Assembly (NCBI GenBank): GCA_036405935.1
Contig: DASWWQ010000030.1
Coordinates: forward strand, 1 to 58,277
DNA from: Flavobacteriales bacterium
GTDB taxonomy: Bacteria; Bacteroidota; Bacteroidia; Flavobacteriales_F; PHOS-HE28
Length of the DNA stretch: 58,277 nucleotides
Direction of reading: 5' to 3'
The translations under genes and the position numbers were made by a program. Within the stretch, counting starts at the first letter, position 1, and every line of letters begins with the position of its first letter. The notes beneath the pieces are model-generated. The model had not been told where the DNA came from. It did not search any database and saw only the letters and a program-made list of their open reading frames with translations. Below, in pieces: positions 45,589 through 52,945 of this stretch.

Positions 45589-46710
45589 ATGGCCGGCCTC
45601 TACTTCCATATCCCCTTCTGCCGGCGTGCCTGTGTGTATTGCGACTTCCACTTCAGCACCGCGTTGGACGGCCGCGAGCGGGTGCTGGCCGCGATGCGCA
45701 CCGAACTCGAACGGCGCAAGGCCGAATGGGACACAAGCCCCGTGGACAACCTCTACTTCGGCGGAGGCACACCGAGCCTGCTCGCACCCGAGGAGATCAA
45801 GGGCTTGTTGGATGAAGTGCACCGCCACGGTGAAGTGGCGGCCACGGCCGAGATCACGCTCGAAGCCAATCCGGATGATGTGACACCCGCTGCCTTGGAG
45901 GCTTGGCTTGCGCTCGGTATCACGCGCATCAGCTTGGGCACGCAAAGCTTCCGCGATGAGCGGCTCCGATGGATGGGCCGCGCGCATGATGCCGCGCAGG
46001 CCTTGAGGAGCATCGACCTGATCGCCAAGGCCGGATTCACCTCCTGGACCATCGACCTCATCTACGGGCTTCCCGGAATGACCCTCGCCGAGTGGGACGA
46101 GCAGCTTACCATCGCGTTGGAACATGGCATGCCCCACCTCTCCGCCTACTGCCTCACCGTGGAACCCCGCACGGCCTTGCATCATCAGGTGCAGAAAGGA
46201 CGGGTGCTTCCCGCCGACGATGCCCAACAAGCGGAACAGTTCGAACACCTCGTGCGCCGGATGGGTGGAGCCGGGCTGGTGCAATACGAGATCAGCAACT
46301 TCGGCCGCCCGGGCCACTTCGCGCAGCACAACACCAGCTACTGGAAAGGCGCACCGTACATGGGCATCGGCCCCTCGGCCCATTCCTTCGATGGGAAGGT
46401 CCGCCGCTGGAACGTGGCCAACAACCTTCGGTACGCCCAAGGTGTTGAGCACAACGGAACCCATTGGGAACACGAAGTGCTGACCACCGCCCAACGCGCC
46501 AACGAGATGCTGCTCACCGGTCTGCGCACGATGTGGGGCGTGGACACGGCCCTGCTCGGCCTGGAACTGCCGGCCGAAAGCCGTGCGGAGGCCGAACGCT
46601 ACGTGGCCGAAGGCCTCCTGCAATGGCGCGACACGCATTTGGTATTGACGGCGCGCGGAAAAAACTTCGCGGACCGCATCGCCTCGGACCTCTTCATCCT
46701 TGAACCATGA
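45589..46710 (+). CDS. hemW: radical SAM family heme chaperone HemW (coproporphyrinogen III oxidase-like)
   Basis: MAGLYFHIPFCRRACVYCDFHF (CxxxCxxC) ...YFGGGTPSLL.... Confidence 0.9.
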   Translation: MAGLYFHIPFCRRACVYCDFHFSTALDGRERVLAAMRTELERRKAEWDTSPVDNLYFGGGTPSLLAPEEIKGLLDEVHRHGEVAATAEITLEANPDDVTPAALEAWLALGITRISLGTQSFRDERLRWMGRAHDAAQALRSIDLIAKAGFTSWTIDLIYGLPGMTLAEWDEQLTIALEHGMPHLSAYCLTVEPRTALHHQVQKGRVLPADDAQQAEQFEHLVRRMGGAGLVQYEISNFGRPGHFAQHNTSYWKGAPYMGIGPSAHSFDGKVRRWNVANNLRYAQGVEHNGTHWEHEVLTTAQRANEMLLTGLRTMWGVDTALLGLELPAESRAEAERYVAEGLLQWRDTHLVLTARGKNFADRIASDLFILEP

Positions 46711-47468
46711 TCGCCGAGATCACGCACCAGAACCGCTGTTACCGGATCGCCCTGAACGATCCCATCGATCTCTCCCTGCCCCTGGACCCGGCGAGCGAAG
46801 GACCCCGCGCGTGGTACGTGGGTCCACCGCGCATGGAACCGGTACGCGATGGGGACAAGGTGTACGCCGTGAAGGACGGCGCCTCGGTGAACTTCCGGGA
46901 CGTGTCCTTCAATCCGCACGGCAACGGCACCCATACCGAATCCGTGGGGCATATCGCCACGGAGATCCTGCCCATCGGCCCGTTGCTTCAGCGCTATTTC
47001 TTCACCGCGCGACTGGTGACGGTGCGGCCAGAACAACGCCGCATGGGCGATGGCGTCACCGATCACATCATCACCCTGGGCCTGCTGCGCGATGCCTTCG
47101 AGACCAGCGTGCCGGAAGCCCTGGTGCTGCGCACCCTGCCCAACGGGCTGGAGAAGCGCACGCGGCAATGGAGCAACACCAACCCACCGTACATCGAAGC
47201 GGCCGCATGCACCTGGTTGCGCAGCATCGGCGTGCGGCATCTCCTGATCGACCTGCCGAGCGTGGACCGCGAGAACGACGCCGGCAAGCTGGCCGCACAC
47301 CACGCCTTCTGGGATTTCCCGGCCACGGTGGACATCAAACGCAGCATCACCGAGATGATCCACGTTCCCGACGAGGTGTACGACGGCGACTACATCCTGG
47401 AGCTGCAGGTGCCCAACTTCATCAACGACGCCGCTCCGAGCCGTCCCATCCTCTACGCCCTGCTCTGA
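46707..47468 (+). CDS. cyclase family protein (kynurenine formamidase-like)
   Basis: HGNGTHTESVGHI (HxGTHx[DE]xxxH-type motif) and LLIDLPSVDRE. ATGA overlap with hemW. Confidence 0.75.
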   Translation: MIAEITHQNRCYRIALNDPIDLSLPLDPASEGPRAWYVGPPRMEPVRDGDKVYAVKDGASVNFRDVSFNPHGNGTHTESVGHIATEILPIGPLLQRYFFTARLVTVRPEQRRMGDGVTDHIITLGLLRDAFETSVPEALVLRTLPNGLEKRTRQWSNTNPPYIEAAACTWLRSIGVRHLLIDLPSVDRENDAGKLAAHHAFWDFPATVDIKRSITEMIHVPDEVYDGDYILELQVPNFINDAAPSRPILYALL

Positions 47469-47818
47469 TGGACCTTGAGGGTTTCCGTCGCTACTGCCTG
47501 GCCAAGCCGGGCGTCACCGAGGAGACACCGTTCGGTCCGGACACCGTGGTATACAAGGTGATGGGCAAGGTGTTCGCACTCGCAGGCCTCGACCATTTCA
47601 CGGCGGTGAACCTCAAGTGCGATCCCGAACGGGCCGTGGAACTGCGGGAGCGGTACCAAGCCGTACGCCCCGGTTACCACATGAACAAGAAGCACTGGAA
47701 CACGGTGGCGGTGAACGAGGACGTGGACGACCGACTGCTGCGCACGTTCATCGACGACAGCTACGGGCTGGTGGCGGCATCCTTGCCGAAAAAGCTGCGC
47801 GATACCCTGCCCGGCTAA
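47468..47818 (+). CDS. MmcQ/YjbR family DNA-binding protein
   Basis: The 3' part of track ORF 46700-47818. MDLEGFRRYCLAKPGVTEETPFGPDTVVYKVMGKVFALAG...PGYHMNKKHWNTV is the YjbR pattern. Confidence 0.8.
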   Translation: MDLEGFRRYCLAKPGVTEETPFGPDTVVYKVMGKVFALAGLDHFTAVNLKCDPERAVELRERYQAVRPGYHMNKKHWNTVAVNEDVDDRLLRTFIDDSYGLVAASLPKKLRDTLPG

Positions 47819-47827
47819 TTTCGCGGC

Positions 47828-48400
47828 ATGGGACAACGGAGGCTCTGGCGCATTCTTCTGGGCTACTTCTTCCGGGGACTGCTCCTGGTGGTACCCATCG
47901 CGGTGATGGGGGCCATCGGTTATGAAGCCCTGCGCTGGCTGGACCAGATCATCAAGGTGGACATTCCCGGGTTGGGATTGTTGATCCTGCTGGCCGGCAT
48001 CACGGTGATCGGCTGGATGGGTTCCACCTTCCTCTACCAGCGCCTGGCCGACATCGGTGACGACCTGCTGCGGCGCGTGCCCTTCCTCAAGACCATCTAC
48101 GACACCCTGAAGGACCTGATGGAAGGTCTGGTGGGCAGCAAGAAGAAGTTCGACGTGCCCGTGCTCATCCGGCCTTTGGACGGCTCGGGCATGGACCAGT
48201 TGGGCTTCATGACGCAGAGCGACCTGATCCACTTGGGGCTGGGGCCGAACCGGGTGGCCGTCTACATCCCGCACAGCTTCGCGTGGAGCGGCCGCCTGTT
48301 CATCGTACCGGCGGAGGCCGTGACGGTGCTCGACGCCAAGGCCGCCGAGGTGATGAAGTTCATCCTGAGCGGTGGCGTGGCCGAGGTGGACGAAGAGTGA
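47828..48400 (+). CDS. DUF502 domain-containing membrane protein
   Basis: LLVVPIAVMGAIGYEALRWLD...GLGLLILLAGITVIGWMGS...PFLKTIYDTLKDL... Confidence 0.8.
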   Translation: MGQRRLWRILLGYFFRGLLLVVPIAVMGAIGYEALRWLDQIIKVDIPGLGLLILLAGITVIGWMGSTFLYQRLADIGDDLLRRVPFLKTIYDTLKDLMEGLVGSKKKFDVPVLIRPLDGSGMDQLGFMTQSDLIHLGLGPNRVAVYIPHSFAWSGRLFIVPAEAVTVLDAKAAEVMKFILSGGVAEVDEE

Positions 48401-48455
48401 CCTTCCCCGTTCTGGCACGTCCATTGAACTCACCGCGACCCATTCCGCCACAACG

Positions 48456-49316
48456 ATGCGCTTCCTGACCGCCCTCCTGTCCACCCTGCCTCTCCTGCTT
48501 TCCGCCCAGACGCAAGCGGACGTGAGCAGCTTCATGTTCAGCGACGGTGTGCATCCCACGTTGGCCGTCGGCTTTGTCAACACCGATGCCCGCACCGTCA
48601 CCGATTTCTGGAAGAGCGAACTGAAGGGCATCAGCATGAAGGTGTCCGACAAGAAGGAAGTGCTGGGGATCGCCGCACGCATCCCGACCATTTCCGGCGA
48701 TACCCTCCGCGTGTACCTGAAGGCCGACCAGCCCAAGAACGTGGCGATGGTCACCGCTCACCTCGCCTTCCTCACCACCTCGGGTTTCGTGGGGCCCGAT
48801 TCACCGGAGCGGGAGATCACCGCGGCCAAGGCTTACGTGGAACAACGTTCGGTGATGCTGAAGCGGCAGATCGCCAACACCACCTTGGAGAACGGGCGCA
48901 AGCAGCTCTCGGCCCTGCAGTCCGACCTCAACGGTCTGCAACGCGAAAGGACGCGCATGGAGGAGAACATCGCCCGGACCAAGCAGAAGGATGCGGAGGC
49001 GCTGGCCGAACAGCAGCGCGGTGAAGCGGAGCTGCCCATCCTGGCCGCCAAGGTGGACCACCTGCGCAACCAGCTCCAGCAGGTGCCTTCGGAGGAATCG
49101 GAGAAGCAGTTGCGCAGTGCGGAGCGCGAACATGCGAAACTGCAGGACCGCATCCGGCGCAACGGCGACAGCTCGGTATCCGCCAAGAAGAAGATCGCCG
49201 ACCTGGAATGGGAGGTGAAGAAGAACATCAAGGACCAGGAGGCCAAACAGACGGCCATCACCAAGCAGGAGGAGCTGGTGAAGGAGTTCGAGCGCGCCCT
49301 GTCCGCCGTGAACTGA
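48456..49316 (+). CDS. secreted coiled-coil protein, hypothetical
   Basis: Signal peptide MRFLTALLSTLPLLLSAQ. The C-terminal ~170 aa are heptad-like and rich in E/K/Q/R/L (LQSDLNGLQRERTRMEENIARTKQKDAEALAEQQR...). Confidence 0.55.
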   Translation: MRFLTALLSTLPLLLSAQTQADVSSFMFSDGVHPTLAVGFVNTDARTVTDFWKSELKGISMKVSDKKEVLGIAARIPTISGDTLRVYLKADQPKNVAMVTAHLAFLTTSGFVGPDSPEREITAAKAYVEQRSVMLKRQIANTTLENGRKQLSALQSDLNGLQRERTRMEENIARTKQKDAEALAEQQRGEAELPILAAKVDHLRNQLQQVPSEESEKQLRSAEREHAKLQDRIRRNGDSSVSAKKKIADLEWEVKKNIKDQEAKQTAITKQEELVKEFERALSAVN

Positions 49317-49353
49317 GCGCGACGACATCGGCGGCCGGATACCTTCGTGGCCG

Positions 49354-50271
49354 ATGCCGCACGCTCGCCGCCAAGCGTTGATGCTCCTGCACCTCACGGT
49401 GTTCATCTGGGGTTGGACGGGCATCCTGGGCAAGCTGATCGACCAACAGGCGTTGCCGCTGGTCTACACCCGCACCTGGATCGCCGCCGCAGGCATGTTG
49501 ATCGCGGCGCTGTTCCTGCGCCGTTCACTGGATCCGCGGGTGCCCGACCTGAAACAATACCTGCTCACCAGCCTGCTGATCGCCGCGCATTGGTATACGT
49601 TCTACGAGGCGATCAAGATCAGCACGGCCTCCATCGCGGCGGCCTGCCTGGCCACCTCCACCGTGTTCACCGCCGTGCTCGAACCGTTCTGGTTCAAGCG
49701 ACGGATCCGGGGCTATGAGGTGGTGCTGGGCATCATCGTGGTGGCGGCGCTGCTGTTGATCTTCGGCCTCGAGACGGAGCACCGCTGGGGCATCGTGGTC
49801 GGAACCTTGAGCGCGCTGCTCTCCGCTTGGTTCAACGTGGTGAACGGGGTGCTCGTGAAGCGGGGCGATGCCTTCCGCATCGGCTTCTACGAGATGGTGG
49901 GCGCGGGTATCGCGGTAGGCATTGCGCTGGTGTTCGTGGATGGACTTCCGCCTCCGCTCTGGACGTTGCCTTCCTCCGACATCATCGCGCATCTGGCCTT
50001 GGGCTTCATCTGCACGAGCTTCGCGTTCATTGCCGGCATCGCGGTGATGCGCCAACTCTCCCCGTTCACCGTGGTGCTTGCCGTGAACCTGGAGCCGGTC
50101 TACACGATCATCATCGCCCTGTTGATCTGGAAGAGCGAGGAGCGGCTGGACACCGGTTCGTACATCGGCATCGCGCTGATCCTCGCCTGCCTTTTCGGGA
50201 ATGCGTGGTGGCAGAAGCGGCTCAGTGCGAAGCAGGCGGTGACGGAGCCCGATCCGCTGGCGCAAGGCTGA
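49354..50271 (+). CDS. DMT superfamily (EamA-like) transporter
   Basis: 305 aa, about 10 TM helices in two repeated halves, HLTVFIWGWTGILGKL start. Confidence 0.85.
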   Translation: MPHARRQALMLLHLTVFIWGWTGILGKLIDQQALPLVYTRTWIAAAGMLIAALFLRRSLDPRVPDLKQYLLTSLLIAAHWYTFYEAIKISTASIAAACLATSTVFTAVLEPFWFKRRIRGYEVVLGIIVVAALLLIFGLETEHRWGIVVGTLSALLSAWFNVVNGVLVKRGDAFRIGFYEMVGAGIAVGIALVFVDGLPPPLWTLPSSDIIAHLALGFICTSFAFIAGIAVMRQLSPFTVVLAVNLEPVYTIIIALLIWKSEERLDTGSYIGIALILACLFGNAWWQKRLSAKQAVTEPDPLAQG

Positions 50272-51640
50272 TGTGCTCGTCGCCCGGGCGGTGGTCCACG
50301 TAGTTCACGAAGAACTGGAACATCTCGTCCGTGGTGCGCATGTGACCGCTCTTCGGTGCACGGGCTTCCCGCGGTGGAGAGAACGGATTGCTCTTGTTGT
50401 CGGCCGTGTTGTCGAAGGTGCCGAACACATGGATCACCGAACCCTGTGGCAGAGTCAACAGGTGTTCGAAGGTGTACACATACTGCCAGCGGAAATCCCA
50501 ATCGTTGATCCGCACCAATGGCACGGTGTCGTTGGTGGGCGTTACGGCATAGGCGACGAAGTGTTTCCCCAGCAGATGCATATGCGGGTTGAGCGAGACC
50601 ACGCTGATCGCCGCCGGTAACGTGTAGCTGCTGTGGAAGGTCTTGATGGAATCCGCGGGGATCACCAGTTCCGGCACCACCGGGGTGAGCCCGAGCGTGC
50701 CGATCTGGATCTCGCGCATCGGGCGTTCCGGAGCGCGCGGAGCGAACCACAGGTTGAAGCGTGAGCGATCCGTGGTATCGCGCAACGATGGACCGTAGTG
50801 GATCGTGTTCATCAGGAACGCTCCCTGGCGCTTGATGCGGTACCCGCCGATGCCATCGGGCAGGATCGGCGGAAGCAGGCCCGGCAGGTAGTTGGTGGCG
50901 TTGGGCGTGAGCGCCGGATAGGTGCCGTCGTCGTTGGCAAGGGCCAGGCGCTCGAAGGCATCCCGGCTGGCGGTGCGATCGGCATCCACGTACCGTTCAC
51001 CGGCGAACACGTCGCGTTTGGCCCCTTCGGCATACTGGATGATGGCGCCGTTCATATGGTGCACGGCGCGGCGGTTACCGGGAACGAACTCGATGGCGCG
51101 CAGGAAGGTGTCGCGTTCGAACGTGAAGGGGGCCTTGCTCACCATGAACCGATCCGTGTTGTCGCCGGGGATCGCAAAAGCCTCGGGCAGCCAGACCACC
51201 GCATCCGGCTCACCCAGCAACGAGCCCTCCGCGAAATGGGGTGGTGAAGGCATCGCACCGGTATCACCGGCCAAGGTCCCCTGCTCCACCCACTTGGCGA
51301 TCAGGGCGATCTCGCGGGCCGTCAAGGTGCGTTCACCGAGGAAGCGGCTGTAGCTGGTATCCGCAGGCCACGGCGGCATATAACCTTTGCTTGTCACCAA
51401 CTGGATGGTGCGCGCCTTCTTCCGCACATCGCGATAACCCACCAACGGGAACGGCCCGGCCTGTCCCGGCCGGTGGCAGGGCGTGCAATTGGCCCAGACC
51501 AACGGAGCGATATGGTCCGCGAACGTCACCGTATCCGGAAGGCCCATCACCTGCTGGGTGGGCGGATCGGGAACGGTCGGGGAACCGCAGGAACACCACA
51601 GCAACGGAAGGAACAGGATCGGACCGCCCAAGCCCCTCAT
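50222..51640 (-). CDS. lipoprotein with N-terminal heme-c (CxxCH) domain fused to a PHM/DBH-like copper type II monooxygenase domain
   Basis: Lipobox LLWCSCG. FADHIAPLVWANCTPCHRPGQAGPFPL (CxxCH). Then AVHHMNG, MNTIHYG, NPHMHLLGK, INDWDFRWQ and TTDEMFQFFVNYV, matching the HH...H / HxH...M copper-ligand layout. ATG 51640 overlaps the upstream stop (ATGA). Confidence 0.7.
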   Translation of the reverse strand: MRGLGGPILFLPLLWCSCGSPTVPDPPTQQVMGLPDTVTFADHIAPLVWANCTPCHRPGQAGPFPLVGYRDVRKKARTIQLVTSKGYMPPWPADTSYSRFLGERTLTAREIALIAKWVEQGTLAGDTGAMPSPPHFAEGSLLGEPDAVVWLPEAFAIPGDNTDRFMVSKAPFTFERDTFLRAIEFVPGNRRAVHHMNGAIIQYAEGAKRDVFAGERYVDADRTASRDAFERLALANDDGTYPALTPNATNYLPGLLPPILPDGIGGYRIKRQGAFLMNTIHYGPSLRDTTDRSRFNLWFAPRAPERPMREIQIGTLGLTPVVPELVIPADSIKTFHSSYTLPAAISVVSLNPHMHLLGKHFVAYAVTPTNDTVPLVRINDWDFRWQYVYTFEHLLTLPQGSVIHVFGTFDNTADNKSNPFSPPREARAPKSGHMRTTDEMFQFFVNYVDHRPGDEHISLAPADRAPSPPASH

Positions 51641-52221
51641 GGCGTTCCGCATTCAACGATGCAACCCACCGCTTTCATTTCGAGCGTGCTTCTTCCTTGA
51701 TCGATCAACGCGTGCAGGGCCTCGGCAAGGTGGTGTTGCGCAGGACCGGGCTTCTTCCGGCCCGGGCGAACAGCGGTATCATCGATGGCACCGCGATAGC
51801 GCAGCAGCCCGTCCGCATCCAGCACGAAGGCCTCGGGCGTCACCCGCGCTTGCAAAGCCCCGGCCACGGCGCAGTCCGCATCCATCACCTGGGCGAAATC
51901 CAGATGCCCTTCCGCTGCGAAACGGGCCGCAGCATCCGCTTCGATGAAGGTGGTGGGGTAGAGTCCGATGAAGGCGACACCTTCGGGCGAGAATGCACGG
52001 GAGAGACTATCCAGCACATTCGTGTACGCCTGGCTGAACGGGCATTCCGGATCCAACGTGATGATGACCGTGGCCCTTGCACCGAGCAGGCTGCGCAATA
52101 CCGCTGTACCTCCGGAAGCCTCGTGCACCGCCCTATCCTGCAGATCGGCCAAGGGAGGCCGCCCCTGGCCGCAGGCCAGCAGACCCGTCAACGGAAGCAG
52201 CAGGAACGATCGGCGGAGCAC
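51637..52221 (-). CDS. redoxin / TlpA-like thioredoxin-fold lipoprotein with CxxS active site
   Basis: Start placed at GTG 52221 (VLRRSFLLLPLTGLLACGQ lipobox). VIITLDPECPFSQAY occupies the position of the WCxxC motif. The longer track ORF to 52338 would overlap the divergent DUF4230 gene. Confidence 0.7.
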   Translation of the reverse strand: MLRRSFLLLPLTGLLACGQGRPPLADLQDRAVHEASGGTAVLRSLLGARATVIITLDPECPFSQAYTNVLDSLSRAFSPEGVAFIGLYPTTFIEADAAARFAAEGHLDFAQVMDADCAVAGALQARVTPEAFVLDADGLLRYRGAIDDTAVRPGRKKPGPAQHHLAEALHALIDQGRSTLEMKAVGCIVECGTP

Positions 52222-52276
52222 GCCGCGAAAGTAGCGCCCTGAAAACGGCGGATCTTTGTACCCCCAAAGGCCCGAA

Positions 52277-52906
52277 ATGAACCGCATCCTGCGCCTGCTG
52301 ATCGCGCTGGCCCTGTGCCTGCTCGTGTTCTTCATCACCCGTGAGGTCTACCGTCCGGAGGCTTCCTCCGAGCAGGTGTCCTCCACCGTGCTGCTCGAAC
52401 GCATCCGGCCGGTGATGAAACTGATCACGGTGGAAGGGGACTTCAGCGAACTGTACACCTACCGCAATGCCGAAGCACCGATGGACTGGATGAAGCAGTT
52501 CAGCCCGTTCCAGAAGCGCGCGATCCTGCGGGTGAAAGGGCGTGCCAGTGTCGGCTATGACCTGGAGGACATGGGGCTCCGTTTCGATGACGCCACGCAC
52601 ACCGTCAGCCTGGAAGGCATGGAGAAGCCCCAACTGCTTTCGCTGGAGCACGATGTGGACTACTTCGACCTGGAAGCAGGCACCTTCACCGACTTCACCG
52701 CGGCCGACCACAGCCGCATCAACGCGCAGGCCAAGGAGCTGATCCGCAAGCAGGTGGCGGCCAGCGGGCTGTACGGGGCGGCCGAGGCCCGGCGCAGCGA
52801 ACTGATCACGGTGGTGAAGGCCATGGTGGAGAATGCCGGCTGGACCTTCGTGGACGGTGCATCGCCCCGGGATGGTCGTGCCCGCTTGGCCCCCCTTCCC
52901 GCCTGA
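52277..52906 (+). CDS. DUF4230 domain-containing protein
   Basis: N-terminal TM, then LLERIRPVMKLITVEGDFSELYTY...AILRVKGRASVGYDLEDM. Start at ATG 52277. Confidence 0.75.
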   Translation: MNRILRLLIALALCLLVFFITREVYRPEASSEQVSSTVLLERIRPVMKLITVEGDFSELYTYRNAEAPMDWMKQFSPFQKRAILRVKGRASVGYDLEDMGLRFDDATHTVSLEGMEKPQLLSLEHDVDYFDLEAGTFTDFTAADHSRINAQAKELIRKQVAASGLYGAAEARRSELITVVKAMVENAGWTFVDGASPRDGRARLAPLPA

Positions 52907-52945
52907 ACACCGGCACCGATAACTTCGCCCCGCATTCCCCGAACC

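Noticed and set aside
50222-50271. 50-nt convergent overlap of the EamA transporter and monooxygenase 3' ends
   Set aside because: Both C-terminal tails are low-complexity and unconserved-looking. A tail-to-tail overlap in a compact high-GC genome is unremarkable, and I see no hairpin or other signal in it.
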